Shown: in pieces, positions 11,659-23,104 of the stretch | Layout: each line of letters begins with the position of its first letter | How positions within the stretch are numbered: the stretch's first letter is position 1 | Assembly (NCBI GenBank): GCA_030390025.1 | Contig: JASTWF010000355.1 | Location: 372,001 to 436,000, forward strand | Reading direction: 5' to 3' | DNA from: Squalus acanthias | Taxonomy: Eukaryota | DNA: 64,000 bases | The notes under the pieces: model-generated | Told to the model about the DNA's origin: nothing | What the model saw: only the letters and a program-made list of their open reading frames with translations | The model's database searches: none | Translations under genes and position numbers: made by a program

Positions 11659-12361
11659 CTTGCAGGTACAACAAGCAATTAGGAAAGCAAATGTTATGCT
11701 GGGCTTTATTTCAAGTGGATTTAACTATAAGGGTAAAGATGTCTTACTGCAATTATACAGGGTTTTGGTGAGACCACACCTGAGGTATTGTGTACAGTTT
11801 TGTTCTCCATACCTAAGGAAGGATATACTTGCCATAGAGAGAGTGCACGGAAGGTTCACCAGACTGATTCCTGGGATAGGGGGATTGTCTTATGAGGAGA
11901 GATTGAGTAGACTAGGCCTATATTCTCGAGTATAGAAGAATGAGAGGTGATCTCATTGAAACACACACAATTCTTATGGGCTTGACAGGGTAGATGCAGG
12001 GAGGATGTTTCCCCTGACTGGGGTGTCTAGAACCAGTTGTCACTCTCTCAGAATAAGGGGTCGGCTAATCTCGCCCTCCGTCTGGGCTCTCGGTCCTACC
12101 TGTATCTGGAGCAGCTCCTCTCGCTCACCTGCAGGTCCGCTCTCGTGTCTATTAACTTAGAGATCTTGAGTTTTGTGGCTCTACTCCTACTTTTCAGTCA
12201 GACGTCTCCACCGCCTTCCTCCTCTCCACCAGATTCCTGCGCTCACCAAATTCCTCACTCTGCTTGCGATTCGCTCCGTTTGCGTTCTGCCAACTGAATC
12301 GCTAAGCTCTGTGCTCAAGGTCTGCCGTATAATGGGATTCAGTTTCAATGCATTCCAAATA

Positions 12362-12692
12362 TGACTGTCTGCGTGGGTTTCCTCCGGGTGCTCCGGTTTC
12401 CTCCCACAGTCCAAAAATGTGTGGGTTAGGTTGATTTGGCTATGATAAATTGACCCTTAGTGTTAGGGGGGATTAAATATGTGGGGCTATGGGGATAGGA
12501 TGGGATATGTTAGGGGGAATTAAATACGTGGGGTTACGGGGGTAGGGTGGGATATGTGTACTGTGGGGATTAAAGCAGGGACAGGGTACTGGATTTGGAT
12601 GATCAGCCATGATCGTATTGAATGGTGGAGCAGGCTCGACGGGCCGAATGGCCTACTCCTGCTCCTAGATTCTATGTTTCTATGTTTCTATG
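12362..12692 (+). mobile_element. 5'-truncated V-SINE (HE1-like) with CR1-type 3' tail
   Basis: V-domain core tctgcgtgggtttcctccgggtgctccggtttcctcccacagtccaaa, followed by a CR1-like tail ending ttctatgtttctatgtttctatg. Confidence 0.8.
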
Positions 12693-12919
12693 ACAGTTAT
12701 AATCGTTGTCGGTTTCATAGAATTACTAATATGTCAGGTGGAACAAGTATAACAGCAGTCAGTTTCCTGAACCATATCACTTGCACTGATCGTGTCTACA
12801 GCATAGCAGTCACACTGAAAATGCATGCACCAGCGTCCTCACACTGAAACTTCCCACAGCATGCCAATTACATTGACCTTTACAAAACGATATTTCTTAA
12901 ACTGTCTTTTCCTACACTC

Positions 12920-14090
12920 TGTCCCTTAAACTGACCAATCCTGCACCATGTCCATTGTACTAACCTTCCTGGCCTTGTAACTTACACTGGCCATTCCGAT
13001 ACAGTATCCCTTACACTGACCATCCTGCAGCATGTCCATTGCACTAACCTTCCAGGCCTTGTAACTTACACTGTCCATTCTTACACAGTATCCCTTACAC
13101 TTACCTTGCCTGCCCCATGTCCATTGCATGAATCGTCCTGGCCTTGTACCTTACACTGTCCATTTTTATACAGTATCCCTGACACTGACCAATCCTGGCC
13201 CATGCCCATTGCACTAATCTTTCTGGACTTGTAACTGACACTGTCCATTCCTATACAGTATCCCTTACACTGACCTTGACTGGCCCATGTCCATTGCACT
13301 AATCTTCCTTGGCTTGTAACTTACACTGGCCATTCCTATACAGTATCCCTTAAACTGACCTTGACTGACCCATGTGCATTGCACTAATCTTCCTTGGCTT
13401 GTAACTTACACTGGCCATTCCTATACAGTATCCCGCACTCTGACCAATCCTGGCCCATGTCCAGTGCACTAATCTTCCTGGCCTTGTAACTTACACTCAC
13501 CATTCCTATACAGTATCCCTTACACTGACCAATCCTGCACCATGTCCATTGCACTAATCTTCCTGGCCTTGTAACTTTCACTGGCCATTCTTATACAGTA
13601 TCCCTTACACTGACCAATCCTGCACCATGTCCATTGCACTAATCTGCCTGGCCTTGAAACTAACACTGACCATTCCTATACAGTATCCCTTACACTGACC
13701 TTGACTGGCCCATGTCCATTGCACTAATCTTCCTGGCCTTGTAACTTACATTGTCTATTCCTATACAGTATCCCTTACACTGACCAATCCTGGCCCATGT
13801 CCATTGCACTAATCTTCCGGGCCTTGTAACTTACACTGTCCATTCCTATACAGTATCCCTTAAACTGACCTTGCCTTGCCCATGTCCATTGCACTAATCT
13901 TCCGGGCCTTGTAACTTACACTTTCCATTCCTATACAGTATCCCTGACACTGACCAATCCTGCACCATGTCCATTGCACTAATCTTCCTGACCTTGTAAC
14001 TAACACTGTCCATTCCTATACAGTATCACTTACACTGACATTGCCTGCCCCTTGCCCTTTGCAGTGAACAATCCTGCCATATATCCCTTA
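12920..14090. repeat. 85-bp minisatellite, about 13-14 copies
   Basis: The anchor cagtatccc recurs at 13002, 13086, 13171, 13256 and onward; unit ccttacactgaccaatcctg...cttgtaacttacactggccattcctatacagtatc. Confidence 0.93.
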
Positions 14091-14099
14091 CACTAATAT

Positions 14100-14360
14100 A
14101 AGAGCAAAATATTGTGCATGCTGGAAATCTGAAATAAAAGCAGTAAATATCGAAATACTCAGCAGGTCAGGCAGCATCTGTCGACAGAGAAAGAAATGTA
14201 ATGCTTCAGGTCGCTGACTTTACGTCAGAACTGTAAAATATTAGAGTTGCGACAGGTTTTAACTAAGTACAGAGGCAGGGAAAGGGGGAGGGTTGGAAAG
14301 AGCAAAACGGACGGTTTGTGATAGGGTGCAAGGCAGGAGAGATTAAATGACGAAATGGAT
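14100..14360 (-). mobile_element. Degraded Penelope-like pseudo-LTR fragment
   Basis: Matches the 28630-28800 segment in reverse (ctggaaatctgaaataaa...cagcaggtcaggcagcatctg...ttcaggtc...tcagaactg). Confidence 0.75.
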
Positions 14361-14367
14361 GATGGTC

Positions 14368-14540
14368 CATCAACAGCAATTGCAGTTATATAGCAACTGT
14401 AACGTAGTAAAACGTCCCACGGCGCTTCATAGGCGCGATTATCAAACAACATTTGACACTGAGTCCCACAAGGCTATATTAGGGCAGGTGACCAAAAGCT
14501 TGGTCAAAGAGGTAGGTTTTAAGGATTGTATAAAAGGAGG
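14368..14540 (-). mobile_element. L2-type 3' tail fragment followed by a (GA)n microsatellite (to ~14600)
   Basis: Reverse complement of the L2 3' end seen at 57500-57660 (gcgccttgggatg...gttgttg). Confidence 0.7.
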
Positions 14541-15009
14541 AGAGAGAGAGAGAGAGAGAAAACGATGGACAGAGAGAGAGAGAGAGAGCTAGAGAGGGAG
14601 AAGGATGAACAGAGAGAAATGTATAATAATAGACTCGCTAAGGTGAAATCCACATTTGGAATCCAACTGCATGAAGGACATAAGCTGATAAGCTGGAGAA
14701 AGAGAGATGTGGTCACTGTGGGACTGTAGAGGTGAAGTGTCAGAACACACCAATGGGCAGGAAGAGTGAAGAGGATCTGGAACGCTGTAAAATAATCAGT
14801 GATCAAAAAAGGCACCGGAGAATCTAAACCAGTCCGAAGACAATTCATTTAGGAGGAGCAGTACAAATTTAAAATCATTCAAATGTGTAAAAAGTGAGAA
14901 AGTCAATCACAGAATCTACATTATTTCAAATGCTAATTAAACGATTTTAGGAAGACGGGTATATATATTAACATCAGAAGTGGGGATGATCCCTGATGAT
15001 TGGACAGTG

Positions 15010-15790
15010 CTGAGCACCATTCCGAACTCCTCAGATAATAAAGCAGTCCGTGCCCGCATGCAGTAAGATCTCGTTAACATTCAGAATTGGGCTAATAGGT
15101 TGCAAGTAAGATTTGTGCCACATAAATGCCAGGCAATGACCATCTTCAATAAGAGAGCGTCTAACCACCTTCCCTTGACATTCAATGGAATTACCATCGT
15201 CGAACCCGCCGCTATCAACATCCTGGGTGTCCACAATTGAGCAGAAACTTAACTGCACCAGCCACAGAAATGTTACGCCTACAATATCCTCCATTACTGG
15301 ATGAGTGCAGCTCTAATAACACTCAAGAAGCTCAAAGCATCGAGCACAAAGCAGCCCGCTTGATTGGCACCGCATCCACCACCTTAAACATTCACTCCCT
15401 CCAGCATCGGCGCACCGTGGCTGCAGTGTGTACCATCTACAACATGCATTGAAGCAACTCGCTAAGTTTCTGTGATAGCATTTGCCAAACACACGTCCTG
15501 TACCACATACTGTCAAGGGCAGCAGGCGCATGGGAACAGCATAGGCTCCACGATCCCTTCCAACTCACAACAAATCCTGACATGGAAACATATCTTTGTT
15601 CCTTCATGCTCGGTGTGTCAAAATCCTGGAAATCCGTCCCTAACAGCACTGTGGAAGTACCTTCACCACACGGACTGCAGCGGTTTAAGAAGGCGGCTCA
15701 CCACCACCTTCTCAAGGGCAATTAGGGCCGGTAAATAAATGCTGGACTTGCCAGCAATGCGCACATACCATGAACGAATTAAAAAAAAAA
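15010..15790 (+). mobile_element. 3' fragment of a poly(A)-ended non-LTR retrotransposon (RT C-terminal region)
   Basis: Degenerate KCQAMTI and KAARLIG coding sequence; ends caccaccttctcaagggcaattaggg...aataaatgctgg...A-run. Same family as 23105-24190. Confidence 0.8.
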
Positions 15791-16255
15791 GTTTGATAAG
15801 TAAAGTGTGTAAAAATGTAAGGCCTTTCCTTTGTTCAAGCAGCCCGAAGGGACCCATGAATAGGTTTGCGTGCCTATCTGTGAGCACACTCCGCTTGTAC
15901 ATTGCTTTCTATGTGAATTTTAAGATTATCTATGATTATAACCAGAAGACTGAACTCAGTACGACTGAATTGAACAAATGCTATCACGATTCAACTGCAT
16001 GGGACAAGCATTGAGAAGTCGAGGATGACGATTCATTGAACTGAAATCAGTGAACGAGCAGCTGGAGAAACAATCAGAGAGTGGATGCGCAGAACATCAG
16101 CAGAGGCACGGGCAATAGGCTGAAGAACATTAATCGTCCGTCATCAGGACTCAAATAATAAAGATATCAGCTTTGTAAATGTTAGTTTAATTGTGGGTTG
16201 AATATAAGATTTATATATTCACTGTCAGATTCTGTGATTATATAGTATGACTCAA

Positions 16256-16352
16256 CGGGAACACCAATAGCAGCGAGGATCGGATAGTAAATCTTCTGTA
16301 CAGAATAAAGTCCGTGGAGTATTCTGTCTTCGAGTGATTGACATCTTTCCAT
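16256..16352 (-). CDS. Coding exon 1 of a third GPR139/GPR142-like GPCR (gene C); donor reads TT instead of GT; exon 2 not found in the window
   Basis: Minus-strand translation MERCQSLEDRILHGLYSVQKIYYPILAAIGVP+G aligns with gene A exon 1 (EKIYYPILAIIGVT) and gene B exon 1 (TIYYIILAVIGVP), with the same phase-1 boundary, followed by TTGAGT. TATAAAT starts 98 nt upstream of the ATG. Confidence 0.8.
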
Positions 16353-16415
16353 TAGTTCGGTTTCACTCAGATACAGTGATAGCTGTGTGCGCGGGCGTCA
16401 ATGCTTCAACCGAGT

Positions 16416-16476
16416 CTGAGGTAAGAAAGGGAAGCACCCTTTGATTTATACCAGAGACAAAATCTCCCACGGGAGC
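16416..16476 (-). promoter_or_regulatory. Putative core promoter of gene C
   Basis: On the minus strand: TCCCGTGGGA (16474-16465), TATAAAT (16450-16444), then TACCTCAG; same order as in genes A and B. Confidence 0.6.
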
Positions 16477-16599
16477 GTTCCGGTCAGTGGAGACTGATAT
16501 TAATCTCAGTCAGTGAACAAACATGTTCACTTGGACACTTTGAACCCAATAATCTTATATTATGGAAACTGGTTAATGAAAGATTGCAAAGAGAGAAAG

Positions 16600-17045
16600 A
16601 ACGAGAGACTCGCAAAGATATAGCGCCTGTCCCGACCACCGGATTTCTCAAAGCGCTTTACAGACAATGAAGTACTTTTGAAGTGGAGTCACTGATGTAA
16701 TGTGGGCAACGTGGCAGCCACAATTTACGCACAGCAAGATCCCTCAAACAGCAATGTAATAATAACCAGACAATCTGCTTTTGTTATGTTGGTTGGGGGA
16801 CAAATATTGCCCCCGGACATCGGGGTTAACTCCCCTGCTCTTCTTCAAAATAGTGGCCATGGGATCTTTTACATTCAACTGAGAGAGCAGTCGGTTTAAC
16901 GTCTCATCTGAAAGACGGCACCTCCGAGAGTGCAGCACTCCCTCCGTACTGCACTGGAGTGTCAGCCTAGCTTTTTTAGGTGCTCAAGGTTCACTGGAGT
17001 GGGACTTGAACCCACAACCTTTTGACTCAGAGGCGAGTGTGCTGC
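16600..17045 (-). mobile_element. tRNA-derived DeuSINE (SacSINE1/AmnSINE-like)
   Basis: Minus-strand B box gggttcaagtccc near 17000-17013; central domain tttaacgtctcatctgaaagacggcacc; L2-like tail. Second copy at 48000-48945. Confidence 0.8.
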
Positions 17046-17319
17046 GGTCTGAGAAAGAGAAAAGGGACAAGGCCCACCCTTGCAAGGCCAATATACCCTT
17101 CCAAAGGAGCGGGGTCCAGAACTGTATGCATTACTCCAGAATTTTTCGAAATAGGGCTTTGGATAGCTGTAGCAAAACTTCTTTCCTGCAATATTCCAGC
17201 CGTCTAATTATAATAGCTAACAGTCCATTGGCAGTTGTGTTGATTTTGTACCTGACTACTACATTTCAGCTCTCTGAGACCCATCTTTTGTATCTTTACT
17301 TGTCAAATTACAACTTACG

Positions 17320-17605
17320 TTGCCTCACACCATCATCCCTCTGTCATTCAATTTCTCCTGCCCACCCACCATCACAGTCCTTTTCTTTACTTCATTCTTC
17401 CCATTTGTTCCCCCCTTTCTCTGCCCCCTTCGCTTCCTTAAAAACCTGTTGCATCGGCAACATTTTCCAGTTCTGATGAAAGGTCATCGAGCTGAAACGT
17501 TAACTCTGTTTCGCTCTCCCCCAGATGCTGCCTGACCTGATGAGTATTTGCAGCATTTCCTGCTTTTATTTCAAAATTACAGCCTCCTCAGTATTTCACT
17601 TTTGT
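17320..17605 (+). mobile_element. Penelope-like pseudo-LTR fragment with hammerhead motif (17469-17505)
   Basis: agtt-ctgatga-aaggtcatcgagct-gaaacgtt-aact, followed by the same downstream segment as 28705-28800. Confidence 0.8.
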
Positions 17606-17794
17606 AATGAATGTTAGTGATCTGTGCACTTGGATCCCTCAATCCCTTTGGACCTTCAATGTTTCTAGCTTTCTACCACTTAAATTATACTTGAATCTAT
17701 CCTTTTTTATTTCAAAGTGGATATCTTCATTACTATAAGTACCACGAAAGTATGATATTGTTATATAAACCGTGGGTCTGTATAGTGTGTGTGT

Positions 17795-18430
17795 AACATA
17801 GAAACATAGAAGATAGGAGCAGGAGTAGGCCATTCGGCCCCTCCAGCCAGTTCCGCAATTTAATGAGTTCATGGCTGATCATCCACATCAGTCCCCTGTC
17901 CCTGCTTTCTCCCCATATCCCTTCTCCCTTAAGCCTTAAGAAATATATCTAACTCCTTCTTTAATATATTTAATAAAGTGGCCTCAACTGCCTTGTTTGG
18001 TAGAGAATTCCACAGGTTCACCACTCTCTTGGTGAAGAAATTCCTCCTCATCTCAATCCTAAGTGGCTTACCCCTTATCCTTCGACTGTGACCCCTGGTT
18101 CTGGACTCCCCCGCCATCGAGAACATCCTTCCTGCATCTACTCTGTCTAGTCCTGTTAGAATTTCATAAGTTTAATGCGATCCCCTCTCATTCTTCTAAA
18201 CTCCAGCGAATATAAGCCTAATCGACCCAATCTCTCTTCATACATCATTCCTGCCATCCCAGTTATCAGTCTGGTGATTCTTCACTGCACTCCCTCCATG
18301 GCAAGAACATCCTTCCTCAGAGAAGGCGACCAAAACTGCACACAATACTCAAGGTGTGGTCTCACCAAGGCCCTGTACAACTTCAGCAAGACATCCTTGC
18401 TCCTGTACTGGAATCCTCTCGCTATGAAGG
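17795..18430 (-). mobile_element. CR1 3' fragment
   Basis: RTRGHS...RRNFFTKRVVNLWNSLP on the minus strand; catagaaacataga tail. Confidence 0.9.
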
Positions 18431-18574
18431 ATTGTGTGCGTAGGATTGTGCAAGTTATTTATTAAACATTTTATTAGTATCAGTCTGCTAGTTCCTCGAG
18501 TAATCTTCATTAACTATCAATATATTTGTCTCTAACTATTATTTGCAAATGTACTTTTGTGTAGCTTTCATAAA

Positions 18575-19945
18575 AAAATAGAAACATAGCAAAATAGGAG
18601 CAAGAGTAGACCATTCAGCACTTCGAGCCTGCTCCCATTTTCAGTATGATCATGGCTGATCCTCTATCTCAATACCATATTCCTGATCTCTCGCCATACA
18701 CCTTGATGGCTTTTGCGTCTAGAAATTATCTATCTCCTTCTTAAATATATTCAGTGACTTGATCTCCAAGGCCTTCTGTGGTAGAGAATTCCACAGGTTC
18801 ACCACCCTCTGAGTGAAGAAATTTCTCCTCATCTCAGTCCTTAATGTCCTACCCCGTATCCTGAGACTGTGACCCCTCCTTCTAGACCAATCGGCCAGGG
18901 GAAACATCCTACCTGCATCCAGTATGACAGAATATTTTACGTTTCAATGTGATCCCCTCTCAATTCTTCTAAACTCTAGTAAATACAGGCCTAGTCGACC
19001 AAATCTCTCCTCATACAGCAGTCCTGCCATCCCAGGAATCAGTCTGCTGAGCGTTTGCTGCACTCCCTCTATGGCATATATACCTTTCTATGGTAAGGAG
19101 ACCAAAACTGCACAGAATACCCCAGGTGCGGTATCACCAAGGCCCTGTATAACGGTAGTAGCACATCTTGCTGCTGTACTCAAAACATCTTGCATGAAGG
19201 CCAACATACCATTTGCCTTCCTAACTGCTTGCTGCACCTGCTTGTTTGCTTTCAGTAACTGGTGTACAAGGACACCCAGGTCCCTTTGTACATCAACATT
19301 TCCAAATCTATCACCATTGAAATAATAAACTGCCTTTCTGCTTTTCCTACATAAGTGGATAACATCACATTTATCCAGGTTATACTGAATCTGCAATGTA
19401 TTTTCCGACTCACTCAACTTGTCTAAATCGCCTTGAAGCCTATTCGCATCCTCCTCACAACTCACAGTTCCCCCAAATTTCGGGTCGTCAGCAAACTTGG
19501 AAATATTACATTTGGATCCCTCATCCAAATCATTGATATATATTGTGAATAGCTTTGTTCACAAGCACTGACCCCTGCGGTACCCCTCTAGTCACCGCCT
19601 GCCACCCCGAAAAGGACCCATTTATTCCTCCTCCCGGTTTCCTGTCTGTGAAGCAATTTTCAATCCATGCCAGTATATTACCCACAATCCCATGTGCTTT
19701 GATTTTGCACACTAACTGACGTAAGAAAACTGCTAGGCAATTGGTCTAAGCGTTAAACAAAGCTTTAATCAACTGTTTTACAACATGGAGGTCTAGTTGT
19801 GTCCTCCACTAGTTCCTGTTGAGGAATGTCCTAAGCAAGCTGTGCCCATGCCCGTGTATTTATACTCTCACCGGACAGCGCCACCAGCAGGCCGCACAGT
19901 ATTACTTCATACATGAATGACAAGATTCATGTCACTAACCTCTTA
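18575..19945 (-). mobile_element. CR1 3' fragment (RT to tail), interrupted by a solo LTR
   Basis: GVPQGSVL, KFADD, QRDLGVLV and RRNFFTQRVVNLW on the minus strand. Confidence 0.9.
19717..19934 (-). mobile_element. 218-bp solo LTR with 5-bp TSD
   Basis: TGAC...GTCA ends; CTAAC duplicated at 19712-19716 and 19935-19939; minus-strand TATAAATA (~19857-19864) and ATTAAA (~19764-19769). Confidence 0.85.
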
Positions 19946-20464
19946 TGGGGTTTTCCGCATTATGTTGTTTTTACTCTTAGCTACAACACCTCCTACTGGG
20001 CCACTCCACTTCCCCTAGAGAAACAGATCCTTCCTGATGGAGTGGATGTATATTGATTAATTAGTTCTCCTGTGCACATATCAGACTCTCGTCTGCTTTC
20101 CTACGCTTAGAACTATGCTTTTCCTTTCTATATTAAGGTGATTAAAATATCGTACCTTAACTATATTATTTTTGAAATATGCTTCTGAAATTTGCCGCTA
20201 GATTTGCTCATCTTTCTCCTTCTCACTGTTTGGAGCTCCATTAAAAACAAATCCTAAATATATAACAGCTCACCCTCTGTTCCTCACTGAATTCACATAG
20301 ATTAAATCCTAGATCTATTTCGTAAATGTTTTCAGTTTAGTACTTTAACAGCATCCTTAATCAATACTGCTACGCCATACTCTTCTTCCTTCTCAATCAT
20401 TCCTAAATACTTGGCAGCCGAAAATATTAAAAACCCATTCCTGGATTTTTGAGCCATGACTCTG

Positions 20465-21175
20465 GGCAAGAAACACAGAAAGCTAGCATGCAGGTACAGC
20501 AATCAATAAGGAAGGCACATGGCATATTGGCCTTTATTGCAAGGGGGTTGGAGTATAAGAGTAAGGAAGTCTTGCTACAATTGTACAGGGCCTTGATGAG
20601 ACCATACCTGGAGTAGTGTGAACTGTTTTGTTCTCCTTATCTAAGGAAGGCTATACCTGCCTTGGAGGCGTTGAAACGTAGATTCACTAGAGTGATTCCT
20701 GGGATGAGAGGGCTGTCCTATGATGAGATATTTTGTAGAATGGACCAATACTTTCTGGAGTTTAGAATAATGAAAGGTGATCTCATTGAAACATACAAGA
20801 TTCAGAATTGAATTGACAGGCTAGATGCTGAGAGGCTGTTTCCCCTGGCCGGAGAGTCTAGAATTAGGGCGTATCGTCTCAGGATAAGGGGTACCTCATT
20901 TAAGACTGAGTTGAGGGGGAATTTCTTCACTCAGAGTGTTGTGAATCTTTGGAATTCACTGCCCGAGAGGGCTGTGATTGCTGAGCCTTTGAGTATATTC
21001 AAGGCTGCGATCGATAGATTTTTGGACTCTAGTGGAATCAAAGGATATGGAGATCGGGCGGGAAAGTGGAGTTGAAGTAGATGATCAGCCAGGATCTTAT
21101 TGAATGGCGGAGCAGGCTCGAGGGGCCGTATGGCCTACTCCTGCTCTTATTTCTTATGCTCTTATGTTCTTATGA
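20465..21175 (+). mobile_element. CR1 3' fragment inserted in older minus-strand CR1 remnants (~20000-21950)
   Basis: QLYRALMRPYLE motif; ggccgtatggcctactcctgctc hairpin; (ttcttatg)n tail. Confidence 0.88.
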
Positions 21176-21964
21176 TAATGCAACCATTCACTTGTAGCAA
21201 TCTGTGCCTGCAGCTCACTCACTTTATTAGTTACATTACGACTTATAACTTAAAACTATTTCGTCACTTTTGCTGTTTTCCTCAACCTGGTTTCTGCAGT
21301 TTTGGGGATACTTATTACTTCACTGCTGCTAACGTCTCTCTGTTCTCTGATCTCATGTCTGCTCCTCTCTGCTACTTTCTGGTTCGCCCTCTATCTGGCT
21401 GATTTGTTTAAACCCTCCCCAGCAGTACCAGTTAATCGCTCAGCAAGAACATTTATTCTGGTGCAACCTGTCCATCATACACAGTAGGCCCTTCCCAGAG
21501 AACCGGTCCCAGTTCTCCAAGAATCTGAAACCCTTCCTCCTGCATCACTTCTCCAGCCACACATTTATCAGCACTCTCATCATGTTTCTATACACATTAG
21601 CATGTGTCACTGGGAGTAATGCTGTGATTACTAGCTTAGAGGTCCTTTTTCAAATCATTTTCCAAACTGCTGAAGCTCTGCCTGAGGGACTTCAACACTT
21701 TCTGAACCAGTATCATTGTTTACATCATGGACAAAGATTTCTGCCGGTTTTCCTTCCCTTCACAGAATGCCCTGCACCCTCTCGATGATAATACTTACCT
21801 TGGGACAAGTGAAGCTTCATATCATTTGGGACTCATTTTGATTTTGCAGAAAAGCCCCTCCATGCCTCTAAATAACGAATCCGCTATGACTACTGCATTT
21901 CGACACTTTATTTCCGCCCTGTGTGCTGTCAAATCTTGGTGCCTGGGTTTTGATTCTTACTGGA

Positions 21965-22600
21965 ATCATAGGATGGGTGCCGCTCCGAACGAGGCCATTC
22001 GGCCCCTCGAGCTCATGCCGGCTCTCTGCCAGATCACTTCAGCTAGTCGCACTCCTCCGCCCTTTCCCCGTAGCCCTGGATTCTTTCTCCTTCAGGTACT
22101 TATCCAGTTCCCCTTTGAAAGCCATGATTGTGTCTGCCTCCATCACCCTTCCATGTAGTGCATTCCAAATCCTAACCACTCGCTGAGTAAAACTGTTTTC
22201 CTCATGTCGCCTTTGGTTCTTTTACCAATTACTTTAAATCTGTGTCCCTTGATTCTTGAGCCTTCGGCCAAAGGGAACAGTTTCTCTCTATCTACTCTGT
22301 CGAGTCCCCTAGTGATTTTGAACACCTCCATCAAAGCACCTCTCAACCTTCTCTGCTTTAAGAAGAACATCCCAGCTTCTCTATTCTATTCCCGTAACAG
22401 AGGTCGCTCATCCCTGGAAGCATTCTTGTAAATCTTCTCTGCACACTCTCTAAGGCGTTCACATTCTTCGTAAAGTGAGGTTTCCCAGATTTGTTCACAA
22501 TACTCCAGTTGAGACGAACCAGGGTTTTTAAAGGTTCATCATAACTTGCTTGCTATTGTAATCTAAGCCTCAATTCATGAAGCTCAGGAGCCCGTATGAT
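21965..22600 (-). mobile_element. CR1 3' fragment
   Basis: ORF 22143-22370 RRLRGALMEVFKI...KLFPLAEGSRIKGHRFK. Confidence 0.85.
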
Positions 22601-22945
22601 TTCCATTCCTCCAAGGCGTAGCTACCGTCCCTGAGTGAAAACCAGTCAGCGATTGGCAATGGCTTGGGGTTTCCTTGCACTACCTGTCTCTTCCACCTAA
22701 CGTGTCCGCTGGTCACCCATTTACTCACCTCGTACACCTTCAGTAACGGTGCCGTCAGCACAGCCTGCTACGTTCGAAGGAGCTCTCAGACTGCCGGATG
22801 CACTGCAGTGAAGCCGTTCATCAAGCTCCGAAACTAGGACCTCGAGGTCCAGCAACTGGCAGCAGTTCCTGCACTCTTGGTTACCCAGGACGCATAACGT
22901 CTCCTGGAGTTCCCACATAAAACAGGATGCATATGAACCATGTCC
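22600..22945 (-). mobile_element. CR1 ORF1 N-terminal zinc finger/coiled-coil remnant
   Basis: ASCFMWELQET...ECRNCCQLLDLEVLVSELDERL resembles the ORF1 start at 6557. Confidence 0.7.
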
Positions 22946-23104
22946 TATCTGGCCAGCCTTGATAGACAATGCACTGACCTCTAAAATCTCTGAGACACAC
23001 GTCACTAAAACCCTTAACACAAAACTCACAAATCTAAGTAACTGACGTCTAAGACACGGAGACACTATCTATGAAATTCTAATAAACTGACAACTGACAG
23101 ACAT

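Larger units (their letters stand above)
1..12065 (+). mobile_element. Old, degraded CR1 LINE acting as host for later insertions (pieces ~1-930, 2545-3963, 10524-11037, 11659-12065)
   Basis: Collinear CR1 motifs across the pieces: ORF1 esterase VVHVGTN (~160), APE start (~690-900), VESVWVELRN (~2565), LHPRVLKEVA and QHGFMKGKSCL (3590-3950), resuming as IDKVEPVDVVYL at 10524, KFADDTKLG (~10815), LYRVLVRPHL (11660-11935). Many stops and frameshifts. Confidence 0.9.

Noticed and set aside
12926..13581. Cys-rich repeat ORFs on the minus strand
   Set aside because: Translations of the 85-bp satellite.
16990..17045. tRNA gene
   Set aside because: The B-box-like sequence is the head of a SINE; no complete cloverleaf seen.
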